Assembly: GCA_025060535.1 (NCBI GenBank)
Contig: JANXCA010000001.1
Span: 7,730-71,729, forward strand
Direction: 5' to 3'
Origin: Endomicrobiia bacterium
Lineage (GTDB): Bacteria > Elusimicrobiota > Endomicrobiia > DTEH01
Length of the DNA stretch: 64,000 bases
Below, in pieces: positions 1 through 10,632 of the stretch; positions within the stretch are counted from its first letter, which is position 1; each line of letters starts with the position of its first letter. The notes below the pieces were generated by a model. That model did no database searches and was not told where the DNA came from. It saw only the letters and a list, made by a program, of their open reading frames with translations. Position numbers and translations under genes: made by a program.

Positions 1-1022
1 TCCATAGCACGAACTATAACTCCATGTTTTAGAAGTTTTTGAAATACATCCCTACCTAAATAAGGAAAAACATCTATTAAAATAAAGTTAGCAGCAGAAG
101 GAATATACTTTAAAGAAATTTTTTCAAGTTCATTATATAAAAATCTTTTTTCTTTTATTATTAAATTTAAAGAGTTTTCTATATGCTCATCATCTTCTAA
201 AGCTTTTGATGCTATATATTGAGCAACCACAGAAACATTAAAGGGAGGTCTCACTCTGTCAAGTTCAGATACTATTTCTCTTCTTGAAATTCCAAAACCT
301 ACCCTTAAACCTGCAAGTCCATAGATTTTAGAGAAAGTTCTTAAAATTAAGAAATTAGGATATTTACTTCTAAGTTTCAAAGTATCAGGATAATCATTAT
401 GCAGTTTTGCATATTCATAATATGCCTCATCTATCACGACTATTGGATACAGTTTTTTATTGTTGAGATAATTCAAAAAATTAACTAATTCTTCGGTAGT
501 ATTATATGTACCAGTAGGATTATTAGGATTAGCAATAAATACTACTTTGGTTTTTTTATTTACTTTTTGTACCATTTTTTCTAAATCATGGGTATAATTT
601 TTCATAGGGACCTCAATCACTTCACAACCCATCAATTCTCCAGCCATTTTATATCTAATAAAAGCATGTTTTGAAACCACAATATTGCTTTCTTTTGACA
701 CATAAGTTTTTACTACAAGTTCAATAAGCTCATCTGTCCCTGCTCCAACAATAACCTCATCCACTGAAACTCCAAACTTTTTTGCTATCTTTTGGCGTAG
801 TATTAAACTTGAACCTTCAGGATATCTATGAAATACATTAGATAAATTTTTTAAAATTGGTTTAACCTTTTTAGAACATCCTAAAGGATTTTCATTAGAT
901 GCTAATTTGACAACATATTTTAATTTAAACTTTTCTTTTATTTCTTCTATAGGTCTACCTGGTATATAAGGCTGAAAATTTTTTATTTCTTTTCTTGGTA
1001 TAGGTTTTGTATTTTCATTCAT
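1..1022 (-). CDS. hisC: Histidinol-phosphate/aromatic aminotransferase (class I/II), partial; C-terminus runs off window start
   Basis: Manual minus-strand translation from ATG at 1022-1020 gives MNENTKPIPRKEIKNF... with the aminotransferase fold. Adjacent to pheA. No stop within the window. Confidence 0.55.
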   Translation of the reverse strand, partial: MNENTKPIPRKEIKNFQPYIPGRPIEEIKEKFKLKYVVKLASNENPLGCSKKVKPILKNLSNVFHRYPEGSSLILRQKIAKKFGVSVDEVIVGAGTDELIELVVKTYVSKESNIVVSKHAFIRYKMAGELMGCEVIEVPMKNYTHDLEKMVQKVNKKTKVVFIANPNNPTGTYNTTEELVNFLNYLNNKKLYPIVVIDEAYYEYAKLHNDYPDTLKLRSKYPNFLILRTFSKIYGLAGLRVGFGISRREIVSELDRVRPPFNVSVVAQYIASKALEDDEHIENSLNLIIKEKRFLYNELEKISLKYIPSAANFILIDVFPYLGRDVFQKLLKHGVIVRAM

Positions 1023-1036
1023 AAAAGTTTATATAT

Positions 1037-2104
1037 TTAATCTGCTTTAGGATAAGAACCCAAAAATTTATAATAAACACATAGTTTTTCAAGTTCTTTA
1101 ATTGCTTTTTTTACTCTTTTATCCTCTATGTGACCTAAAAAGTCAACAAAAAATACATACTCCCAAGGTCTTTGTCTAGAAGGTCTCGATTCAATTTTTG
1201 TTAAATTAATGCCGTATTTTTTAAATGGAGCCAAAGCATCATGTAAAACTCCCACTCTATCTTTAAGAGAAAACATTATGGATGTTTTATCTTTACCAGA
1301 ATTTGGAATTTTATGTTTTCCTATTACAATAAACCTTGTATAGTTGTTTTCTAAATCTTGAATATTTTTGGCTAAAATTTTTAAATTATATAATCTTGCA
1401 GAAATTTCTGCAGAAATAGCTGCTGAATTTTTTTTATTAGATGCTATCTTTGCAGCTTCAGCTGTAGAGGATACCTCATAAATTTTAACTTCATGTAATT
1501 TTGTATTTATAAAATTTTTACATTGAGCTAATGCTTGTGGATGAGAATACAAGTATTTTATTTCTGCAAGGGATTTTTCTTTAGATACTAAACAATGTGA
1601 AATTTTCATATTAACTTCACCACATATATATAAATCACATTCTAAAAACATATCTAAAGTGTGAGATACTATTCCCTCAGTTGTATTTTCTACAGGCACT
1701 ACTCCAAATTCCGTTTCATTTTTTTCTACACTATAAAATACATCATTTATTGTTTCTTTAGAAATGTAATAATTTTTATTTCCAAAAACTTTAATAGCTG
1801 CAAGATGAGTAAAAGTTCCCTCTGGACCTAAATATGAAATATAAAACTTTTTCTGTTGATATCTACATACCTGAATTATTGCAGAAAAAACCTCCTTTAT
1901 ATCAGAACTATCCAATGGGCCTTTATTTAATCTAATTATTCTTTCTAATATTTCTTTTTCTCTTTCAGGAGAATATATACTATATCCCTTATTAATTTTA
2001 ATAAATCCAATTTTTTTGGCAATCTTTGCTCTTTCATTTAAAAGTTTTAGTAATTTATTATCAATCTGATTAATTTTTTCTCTTAATTTTTCTATCTTTT
2101 CCAT
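1037..2104 (-). CDS. pheA: Bifunctional chorismate mutase / prephenate dehydratase (P-protein) with C-terminal ACT domain
   Basis: N-terminal chorismate mutase-like helix (EKLREKINQIDNKLLKLLNERAKIAKKIG), PDT domain, ACT-like tail. 355 aa. Confidence 0.8.
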   Translation of the reverse strand: MEKIEKLREKINQIDNKLLKLLNERAKIAKKIGFIKINKGYSIYSPEREKEILERIIRLNKGPLDSSDIKEVFSAIIQVCRYQQKKFYISYLGPEGTFTHLAAIKVFGNKNYYISKETINDVFYSVEKNETEFGVVPVENTTEGIVSHTLDMFLECDLYICGEVNMKISHCLVSKEKSLAEIKYLYSHPQALAQCKNFINTKLHEVKIYEVSSTAEAAKIASNKKNSAAISAEISARLYNLKILAKNIQDLENNYTRFIVIGKHKIPNSGKDKTSIMFSLKDRVGVLHDALAPFKKYGINLTKIESRPSRQRPWEYVFFVDFLGHIEDKRVKKAIKELEKLCVYYKFLGSYPKAD

Positions 2105-2157
2105 AAATTTTTGTTTTATAAAAATTATAAAAATTTTACAATACTTAATAAATTATT

Positions 2158-3277
2158 TTAATTCTTTTTCATTTTTTTTATATTCTCCAAATAAGCTTCA
2201 ATAAAAACATCTATCTCTCCATCCATTACAGCTTCAACATTAGTAACTTCTACTCCAGTTACATGGTCTTTTACAAGTTGATATGGCATAAAAATATAAG
2301 ATCTTGTTTGTCTTCCCCATCCTATTTCTCCTTTTTGAATTCTTTCTTTCTTTTTTTCTAAATTTTGCTGTTGCTGTCTTAATTTATATAATTTAGACTT
2401 CAATATTTTTAAAGCTGTCATTTTATTTTTTAACTGCGATCTTTCTGTTTGACACTGAACAGTAATCCCTGTAGGTATGTGTGTTATTCTAACTGCTGAT
2501 TCTGTTTTTTGAAGATGCTGACCGCCATGACCAGAAGCACGAAAAGTTTCTATCTTTAAATCTTTTTCATCAATCTCTATCTCCTTTTCTTCAACTTCTG
2601 GAGAAACATCACAACTTGCAAAAGAGGTATGTCTTCTTTTGTTAGCATCAAATGGAGAAATACGTACCAACCGGTGCACTCCTTCTTCTGCTTTTAATAA
2701 TCCATATGCATATCTACCTTTTACTATAAATGTAACACTTCTTATACCTGCTTCTTCACCTTTAGACATATCAACTATTTCTACTTCAAATTTTTTTTTA
2801 ACCGCCCATCTAGAATACATTCTAAACAACATTTCTACCCAATCACAAGCTTCTGTTCCACCAGCTCCAGCGTGTAAAGTTAAAATAGCATTAGATTCAT
2901 CATGTGGCAAATTTAAAAAAATTTGTAATCTAAGATCAGTTATAATTTTTTCAAGTTCATTTAATCTTAAATAAAATTCATTATTAAGATAAGTATCTTC
3001 TGAATAGCTTTTTGACAATTCTAAAATTGTTTCTATTTCTGAAACTAATGAGTTGACTTTTGAAAAAATCTCAATATCATTTTTTATCTGTTGGAGGGTT
3101 TTTACTATATTTATTCTTTCCTGCTGAGAAGAAGAACTCCATAAATTATTATCTGAAAGTTTTGATTCTAACTCTATTAAGAGTTTCTGTTTATTTTTTA
3201 TGTCAAAGAAATTCTCCTATTTTATTTACTTCGGCAGATAATTTTTTATATTTCTCAACCAATTCAGAATTAAGCAT
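2158..3277 (-). CDS. prfB: Peptide chain release factor 2 with programmed +1 ribosomal frameshift. Short 24-codon N-terminal frame MLNSELVEKYKKLSAEVNKIGEFL ends at in-frame TGA; main frame follows.
   Basis: Main ORF 2158-3018 carries RF2 domains (GGQ: SGHGGQHLQKTESAVRITHIPTG) and stays open upstream to a TAG at 3217-3219. In a second frame, an ATG at 3277-3275 reads 24 codons into CTT TGA C (minus strand; plus 3202-3208), preceded by an internal AGGAGA SD-like element. This is the classical prfB autoregulatory frameshift cassette. Confidence 0.85.
3202..3208 (-). other. prfB +1 frameshift site CUU UGA C, with upstream AGGAGA Shine-Dalgarno-like stimulator
   Basis: Read directly: minus strand ...taGGAGAatttCTTTGAC... 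Confidence 0.8.
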
Positions 3278-3311
3278 ATTCTTACCTTTTAAAAAACTTC
3301 ATATATTTTCT

Positions 3312-3394
3312 TGCCCAGGGCGGGATTTGAACCCGCACGCCTCTACGGCATACGCCCCTCAAACGTACGTGTCTGCCAATTCCACCACCTGGGC
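3312..3394 (-). tRNA. leuU: tRNA-Leu (anticodon GAG), type II with long variable arm; CCA not encoded
   Basis: Minus strand GCCCAGGTGGTGGAATTGGCAGACACGTACGTTTGAGGGGCGTATGCCGTAGAGGCGTGCGGGTTCAAATCCCGCCCTGGGCA. 7-bp acceptor GCCCAGG/CCTGGGC. Anticodon stem TACGT/GCGTA with loop TTGAGGG. ~16-nt variable arm. T-loop GGTTCAAATCC. It is a GC-rich island in an AT-rich region. Confidence 0.85.
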
Positions 3395-3421
3395 AAAAAA
3401 CTAAGATAGTATAAAAGTTTC

Positions 3422-3673
3422 TTATCTTACAACTGATTCTAAACCAGTACGAGAAGACACTATTGTTAACAAAATAGTGGTACAAACAAAAATTATGGCA
3501 AGAACTATAGTGGTCTTTTTAAGAAACATAGAACCAGAAGATGTAGAAAAAATCTGATCTATACCACCACCAAATATTCCGCCTATTCCACCAGCTTGTC
3601 CAAGTTGAAGTAATATAGTAATGATAAGCAAAATACACACTAATATATGTAATATATATAAGATGGTATACAT
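3422..3673 (-). CDS. secG: Preprotein translocase subunit SecG
   Basis: 83 aa. Two TM segments flank the Gly-rich QLGQAGGIGGIFGGGIDQIFSTSSGS motif typical of SecG. The secG-tRNA-Leu(GAG) arrangement parallels E. coli secG-leuU. Confidence 0.7.
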   Translation of the reverse strand: MYTILYILHILVCILLIITILLQLGQAGGIGGIFGGGIDQIFSTSSGSMFLKKTTIVLAIIFVCTTILLTIVSSRTGLESVVR

Positions 3674-3693
3674 AAAAATACTCCCACAAAATA

Positions 3694-4899
3694 TTACTTA
3701 TTTTGTAAAACATCAATTCCAGGTAAAACTTTTCCCTCTAAAAGCTCTAAAGATGCTCCACCCCCTGTAGAAACATGAGAAAATTTATTTTCTAAATTAA
3801 ATTTTTTTATAGCAGCCACAGAATCACCACCACCTACCACACTTATACAACCTTTATCTGTAGCTTCAGCTATCAACTGAGCTACTTTTTTTGTTCCCGA
3901 TGAAAATTTTTCTATTTCAAATACTCCCATAGGTCCATTCCAAACTATAGTTTTAGCATTTGATATAATATTAGAAATTCTTTTAATTGTATTTTCACCA
4001 ATGTCTACTCCTAAATAACCTTCTGGGATATCTACGTTATCTATGTATTTTATTTCTGCATTTTCGTCTATCTTTGTTGCTACTATATGATCTATTGGCA
4101 ACAATATATCTACATTTTTTTGCTCTGCTTTTTTAAGAATGTCTCTTGCTAAGTCTAATTTATCACTTTCTACTAATGAGTTTCCTATAGAAATTCCTCT
4201 AGATAACAAAAATGTATAAGCCATAGCTCCACCTATAATAATCACATTTACCTTATCAAGGAGATTCTCAATTACTCCAATTTTATCTGAAACTTTTGCC
4301 CCTCCAAGTATAGCTACAAATGGTCTTTCTGGATTTGTAAGAATTTTATTAAAATAACTAATCTCTTTCTCAACCAAAAAACCACATACAGCAGGCAAAA
4401 ATTCAGCAACTGCATAGGTAGAAGTATGAGCCCTATGAACAGAACCAAATGCATCTTGCACAAACACAGCATCCTCTCCTACAAGTGAAACTAATTCTTT
4501 TGCAAATTCTCTGTCATTTTTTTCTTCCCTCGGATCAAATCTAATATTTTCCAACAACATAATTTCTCCATTTTTTAAATTTTTAGCTAACTCTTTTGTT
4601 TTTTCGTCGACAATACCTTCTGCCATTATCACAGGACGATTAATTAACTGTTGAAGTCTCTTTGCAACTGGTTTCAATGAGTATTTTGGATCTGGCTTAC
4701 CTTTTGGTCGACCTAGATGACTCATCATAACTATAGCACAATTCTGTTGAAGTAGGTAATTCAAAGTAGGAAGCGATTCTTTTATTCTTGTATCATCACT
4801 CACTTCACCATTTTCATCGATAGGAACATTATAATCAACTCTAATTAAAACTTTTTTATTCCTAATATCAATATCTTTTATTGATTTCTTATTCATCAT
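3694..4899 (-). CDS. pgk: Phosphoglycerate kinase
   Basis: 401 aa; PGK hallmark segments (VLIRVDYNVP, MSHLGRP, GGGASLELLEGK). Confidence 0.95.
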   Translation of the reverse strand: MMNKKSIKDIDIRNKKVLIRVDYNVPIDENGEVSDDTRIKESLPTLNYLLQQNCAIVMMSHLGRPKGKPDPKYSLKPVAKRLQQLINRPVIMAEGIVDEKTKELAKNLKNGEIMLLENIRFDPREEKNDREFAKELVSLVGEDAVFVQDAFGSVHRAHTSTYAVAEFLPAVCGFLVEKEISYFNKILTNPERPFVAILGGAKVSDKIGVIENLLDKVNVIIIGGAMAYTFLLSRGISIGNSLVESDKLDLARDILKKAEQKNVDILLPIDHIVATKIDENAEIKYIDNVDIPEGYLGVDIGENTIKRISNIISNAKTIVWNGPMGVFEIEKFSSGTKKVAQLIAEATDKGCISVVGGGDSVAAIKKFNLENKFSHVSTGGGASLELLEGKVLPGIDVLQNK

Positions 4900-4911
4900 A
4901 AAAACCTCCCA

Positions 4912-5979
<1,068 letters not shown>

Positions 5980-6236
5980 TTAGTTTATTTATGTGAGGTT
6001 AAAATTTTAGAAATTAAATATAAAAATATTTTTAAAAATACAAGATAAGAAAAAATTTTATTTCATTAATTATTATTCCTTAAAAAATCTCTATCCTATA
6101 ATGAGCACAAGCCATTTTAAAAAAATTCAATCATAAAGACATATAAATAATAAATAAACGAAAAATTTTTATTTTCAAACATCACCACATCAAATATACA
6201 TATAATACATCTATTATCTACTAGAGTACTAAGACC

Positions 6237-7226
6237 TTACAACCATTTATTTTCTTTATACCACATATATGTTTCGAATAACCCTTCTATAAGAGGAGTA
6301 TATTTGAAGTTTATATATTTTAAAATTTTATCACTACAACATCCCCAATAACTATAAGAAAGTTCTTTTAATTTGTCTCTATTGAAAACAGCTGGCTTTT
6401 TGGATAAAAGATAAGTTATTTTTTCATTCAAAAATGCATATAAATATGCTATACTGTAAGGAAGTTTTATAAGTAGAATTTTTTTATTATTAATCTTAGA
6501 AAGTATATCTCTAATTTCAAAAACATTATAACATTTTTCTTCAGCAATAAAAAATACATCGGAGTTTATTTTTTCAAAATTTTTTAAGATTTCTTTTACT
6601 ATTCTTATTATATCTTTTATATACGTAAACTGAATACTAAAATTTTTAGCGAAATAAGGAAAAAAACCCATGCTTGCCATTTTGAAATATAAAAACATAT
6701 CTTTGTCATATGGTCCATAAACTGCTGATGGTCTTAACACCACTGTTTTTATCACATCTTTACATTTTAAAATTTCTTTTTCTGCTAAAAATTTACTTTT
6801 TCCATAATAAGAAACAGGAGTTTCAAAACCCACTTGTTTTGGTAAACCATTTAAAGATGGACCTGCAGCTGCTAAAGAAGAAAAATAAATTATACCTTTT
6901 AGATTCTTTCCATGCTCAAAAATTACCTCCACAAGATTTTTTGTTCCTTGATAATTTACTTGAAAATAAGTCTTATTATCTACACATCTTAAAACAGCTG
7001 CAGTATGAATAATTATATCACAATTTTTTATCGGCTCTATAAGAGAATTTTTTTCTCTTATATCACCATAGAATACTTTTGTTTTATGAATAACCGAAGA
7101 TATCCTCTGAATGTTGCTTGTTTTTCTTATCAATAGATTTAATTCATAATCATCTATCAATTCTTTTACCAAACTACTGCCTATAAAACCATTTGCTCCT
7201 GTTATAAGAATTTTCATTTTTGACAT
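6237..7226 (-). CDS. NAD-dependent epimerase/dehydratase family (SDR) protein
   Basis: N-terminal ILITGANGFIGSSLV Rossmann motif; 329 aa. Confidence 0.7.
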   Translation of the reverse strand: MSKMKILITGANGFIGSSLVKELIDDYELNLLIRKTSNIQRISSVIHKTKVFYGDIREKNSLIEPIKNCDIIIHTAAVLRCVDNKTYFQVNYQGTKNLVEVIFEHGKNLKGIIYFSSLAAAGPSLNGLPKQVGFETPVSYYGKSKFLAEKEILKCKDVIKTVVLRPSAVYGPYDKDMFLYFKMASMGFFPYFAKNFSIQFTYIKDIIRIVKEILKNFEKINSDVFFIAEEKCYNVFEIRDILSKINNKKILLIKLPYSIAYLYAFLNEKITYLLSKKPAVFNRDKLKELSYSYWGCCSDKILKYINFKYTPLIEGLFETYMWYKENKWL

Positions 7227-7660
7227 TTCAACTCAAATAATATAGATTCTATTTCTGTTTCTTCAAATCCTCTTGTTAATAAAAATTTATATATTCTATA
7301 TTCTTCAAAATCTTTAAATTTTTTTTCAACAAATTTTTTAACAATTTCAAATTGAAGTTTTTTATAAAAAGAAAAATCTATATCTTCTAAATTTCTTTTG
7401 TCAATTTTAAAATTCTCTTTTAATTCTTTAAGTATTAATGACAAAGGTTTTAACTTTTTAATTTTTGATTCTATATAATTAGTAATAAATTTTTTCTCAT
7501 TCAAATATAGATTATTTTTCAGTTTATCTATAACTTTTAAAATGACATTTTGAGAAAAACCTTTCTGAATAAGTTTTTGTTTTAATTCGTATTCTGACCT
7601 ATCGCGTATTTTAAGTAACTTACAACTATACTCATAAGCTTCTTGGAAAACATTTTTCAT
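7214..7660 (-). CDS. recX: Regulatory protein RecX-like
   Basis: 148 aa helical-repeat protein. The ALKLLKIRDRSEYELKQKLIQKGF pattern resembles RecX. There is no adjacent recA. Confidence 0.5.
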   Translation of the reverse strand: MKNVFQEAYEYSCKLLKIRDRSEYELKQKLIQKGFSQNVILKVIDKLKNNLYLNEKKFITNYIESKIKKLKPLSLILKELKENFKIDKRNLEDIDFSFYKKLQFEIVKKFVEKKFKDFEEYRIYKFLLTRGFEETEIESILFELKCQK

Positions 7661-7666
7661 ACCACA

Positions 7667-8881
7667 TCATGTTTTATACATTGAGTTAATCTCAACATAT
7701 TTAGTAGAAAGATCTGTAGTATAAAAAACAAAAGGATCAGAATTTTTATTTTTACCTAAATCAATTATAACTTCATAATAATTTTTTTTCATTTCTTTAC
7801 TTACATCTTCATCAGAAATAAAATTACTGTTACCATTTTTTACTACTTGATATCTACCTATCCAAATGTTAACTTTATCTATTCTAAAATTAACTCCACT
7901 TCTACCACAAGCCGACAAAATCCTTCCCCAGTTAGGATCTCCTCCATAAAACGCTGTCTTCACAAGTAAAGAATTTGCTACTGTATTAGATATAATTTTT
8001 GCTTCTTTAACATTACAATTTTTTATAACAATTTTTATGACCTTTGTAACACCTTCCCCATCAAAGAGTAATTTGAGGATCATTTCTTTACATATATTTT
8101 CTATATATTCTTCTATCATATTTAATTCTTTCTTATTTAATTTGTCACCCAAACAATTATTAGAAACAAAAAAAATAGTATCATTTGGTGAAGTATCACC
8201 ATCTATTGAAAAAGAATTAAAATGAGGAATGATAATTTTATACATAATTTGTGACATTTGAGATCTAGAAAAAGCTATATCAGTAAGTAAAAAAACTAAC
8301 ATTGTAGCAGAAGGTTTGTACAGTTCTAACTGTGGAGCTATCATTCCAGAACCTTTTGCTATACACAAAAGAGTTTTCTTTTTATTTTTAACTTTCACTT
8401 CTTTGTAGACAACCTTATATCTTGTATCTGTTGTCATTATTGCAGTAGCAAAATTAATAATAGAGTTTTTATCCGAAGATAAACCTGAGATTAAATTACT
8501 TAAATTAAAAATTATTTTATTTTTTGGAAGAGGCTCCCCTATAACTCCAGTTGAAGCGATTAAAACTTCTTCAGAGTTAATTTTTAATTTCTTAGCTAAC
8601 TGATTACAAATTTCTTCAGTATCTTTTAAACCATTTTTTCCACAAGCTGTATTAGCACATCCAGAATTTACTATTATGCATCTTACCTTGTTACTACTTT
8701 CTTTAAGATGTTTCTGAGAAATAATAATAGAGTTTGATTTTAACAAATTTTTAGTAAACGCGGCAACACATAACATTGGCTTTTCAAAAAAAATTAATCC
8801 TAAATCTAATCCCTTCTTTTTAATCCCAGAACTGATACCACTAAATTTATAACCTTTGGGTGCTTTCATTTGGAATCTCAA
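7667..8881 (-). CDS. argJ: Bifunctional glutamate N-acetyltransferase / amino-acid acetyltransferase ArgJ
   Basis: 404 aa; contains the ATML autoprocessing motif (PSATMLVFLLTD). Confidence 0.85.
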   Translation of the reverse strand: MRFQMKAPKGYKFSGISSGIKKKGLDLGLIFFEKPMLCVAAFTKNLLKSNSIIISQKHLKESSNKVRCIIVNSGCANTACGKNGLKDTEEICNQLAKKLKINSEEVLIASTGVIGEPLPKNKIIFNLSNLISGLSSDKNSIINFATAIMTTDTRYKVVYKEVKVKNKKKTLLCIAKGSGMIAPQLELYKPSATMLVFLLTDIAFSRSQMSQIMYKIIIPHFNSFSIDGDTSPNDTIFFVSNNCLGDKLNKKELNMIEEYIENICKEMILKLLFDGEGVTKVIKIVIKNCNVKEAKIISNTVANSLLVKTAFYGGDPNWGRILSACGRSGVNFRIDKVNIWIGRYQVVKNGNSNFISDEDVSKEMKKNYYEVIIDLGKNKNSDPFVFYTTDLSTKYVEINSMYKT

Positions 8882-8885
8882 AAAT

Positions 8886-9944
8886 TCAATTAATTAATCC
8901 ATCTTTTTCATCAAAGCCAAACATTATATTCATATTTTGTACTGCTTGACCAACAGCTCCTTTTATTAAATTATCTATTGCTACAAAAATTTTAATCCAA
9001 TTCTTCTCTTGAGCAAAAGAAATATCACAAAAGTTTGTCTTTATAACACTTTTTGTTTGCGAAAGTGTACCTAACGGTAATACTCTTATAAACTGACATC
9101 CTTGATAATAACTTATATAATCTTGATAAACCTCTGAAAGTTTTAAGTTTTTATCCATAATTTTTAAATAAATAGTAGTAAGCATACCTTGATATTGAGG
9201 TACAACATATGGAGTAAACAAAAAATCTATATCTTTTTTGGTAATTTCATAAAGTTGTTCTTTTATCTCAGGAATATGTCTGTGTTTACCTTCTACATTA
9301 TAAGGATAGGTATTATTACCACCATAATTTTCATATTCCTCTACTAATTTTTTACCGCCTCCAGAATAACCACTCTTCGCATCAATTATAACTTCTCCAA
9401 CTTCATATTTTAAAATCAATGGTGTCAACCCTAAAATTATAGTTGTAGGATAACAACCGGGATTTGCCACAAAATCAGAAAGAGAAATTTTATGTTTCTT
9501 TTCTTGACTAATTTCAGGCAAGCCATAAATGAACTTATTAAGAATTTCTGGTATAATATGTTTAATACCATAAAATTTTTCATATAAAGATATATCCTTG
9601 ATTCTAAAATCAGCACTTAGATCTATTATTTTAGGTAAAGAATTTTCACCTAAAGTATATATCAAATCTTTTACAAACTCCATTGAAATTTTATGAGGTA
9701 AACATAAAAAAAGTAAATCTACATTAGTTCTTATAAGCTCCTTTAATGCTTTTTTATCAAATGTTGACAAAAAAATAACATCATTGTTAATGGAATACCT
9801 TTTTTTAAAAGTTTCATTTTCTTGTTCTGATTGAGAAGAACTTAGTAAATACTTAATTTCAACTTTGTTATGAGATAGTAGTATCTTTATCAACTCCGAT
9901 GCTGTAATTCCAGAATAACCAACTATACCTATTTTTTTCTTCAT
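8886..9944 (-). CDS. argC: N-acetyl-gamma-glutamyl-phosphate reductase
   Basis: 352 aa; GYSGITASELIKIL N-terminus and catalytic Cys region (ANPGCYPTT). Confidence 0.85.
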   Translation of the reverse strand: MKKKIGIVGYSGITASELIKILLSHNKVEIKYLLSSSQSEQENETFKKRYSINNDVIFLSTFDKKALKELIRTNVDLLFLCLPHKISMEFVKDLIYTLGENSLPKIIDLSADFRIKDISLYEKFYGIKHIIPEILNKFIYGLPEISQEKKHKISLSDFVANPGCYPTTIILGLTPLILKYEVGEVIIDAKSGYSGGGKKLVEEYENYGGNNTYPYNVEGKHRHIPEIKEQLYEITKKDIDFLFTPYVVPQYQGMLTTIYLKIMDKNLKLSEVYQDYISYYQGCQFIRVLPLGTLSQTKSVIKTNFCDISFAQEKNWIKIFVAIDNLIKGAVGQAVQNMNIMFGFDEKDGLIN

Positions 9945-9945
9945 A

Positions 9946-10632
9946 TTAGTTATTATAAAGAACTACAACTATTTCTCCCCTAATTTCACCACTACAAATT
10001 CTTTCATATACACTTTTAATACTACCACGAATAAATTCCTCAAAAACCTTTGTAATTTCCCGAGCTAATACACACTTAGTATCTTGAGGAAAAATTGTAA
10101 CTAAAATTTCTAATGTCCTTTTTATCCTATGCGGAGATTCATAAAAAACAATAGTAACACCTTTTAGATTTTTTATGCTCTCAAATAACTTTCTAATTTT
10201 ACCTATTTTTTTAGGTATGAATCCTAAGAATAAAATTTTTTCTAAAGGTAAACCAGAACCAACTACTGCTCCAATAAATGCAGTAGGTCCTAAAATAGGT
10301 ACGACTTTTATTCCTTCTTCTACACATTCTTTTATTATCAGAAAACCTGGATCAGAAATTCCAGGTGTGCCACTATCAGAAACCAAAGCAACATTATGTC
10401 CTTGTTTTATATACGGAATTATTTCTTTAACTCTTTTTTCTTCTATATAAGTATAATAACTTTTAAGAGGTGTTTTAATATCATAATGAGAACATAATAT
10501 CTTTGTTCTTCTTGTATCTTCACAAAGAACTAAATCTACTGAAGATAAAACTTTTACTGCTCTATAAGTTATATCCTCTAAGTTCCCTATAGGAGTAGAA
10601 ACAATATAAAGAGTACCTGAATATGTTGACAT
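9946..10632 (-). CDS. rsmI: 16S rRNA (cytidine1402-2'-O)-methyltransferase RsmI (tetrapyrrole methylase fold)
   Basis: LYIVSTPIGNLEDITYRAVKVL and DSGTPGISDPG motifs. Confidence 0.8.
   Translation of the reverse strand: MSTYSGTLYIVSTPIGNLEDITYRAVKVLSSVDLVLCEDTRRTKILCSHYDIKTPLKSYYTYIEEKRVKEIIPYIKQGHNVALVSDSGTPGISDPGFLIIKECVEEGIKVVPILGPTAFIGAVVGSGLPLEKILFLGFIPKKIGKIRKLFESIKNLKGVTIVFYESPHRIKRTLEILVTIFPQDTKCVLAREITKVFEEFIRGSIKSVYERICSGEIRGEIVVVLYNN

Noticed and set aside
2639-2974. Plus-strand ORFs in the track antisense to real genes (2639-2974, 5159-5347, 5485-5724, 6710-7012, 8037-8225, 10175-10450, 15127-15363, 15484-15762, 24675-25449, 26203-26457 and similar)
   Set aside because: Each lies entirely inside a well-supported minus-strand gene. 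Products are low-complexity (Ser/Phe/Leu/Ile-rich) with no recognisable motifs. They are typical spurious frames in AT-rich DNA.
3060-3716. ORFs 3060-3404(+), 3282-3485(-), 3519-3716(-) around the tRNA and secG
   Set aside because: They overlap the tRNA-Leu gene, the prfB leader or secG in other frames. The 3519-3716 product is a Tyr/Ile/Trp-rich artefact of translating secG out of frame.
6215-6236. AGTACT-centred partial palindrome at the epimerase 3' end, as a possible terminator
   Set aside because: The inverted repeat is imperfect and too short to form a stable stem, and there is no following T-tract on the transcribed strand.
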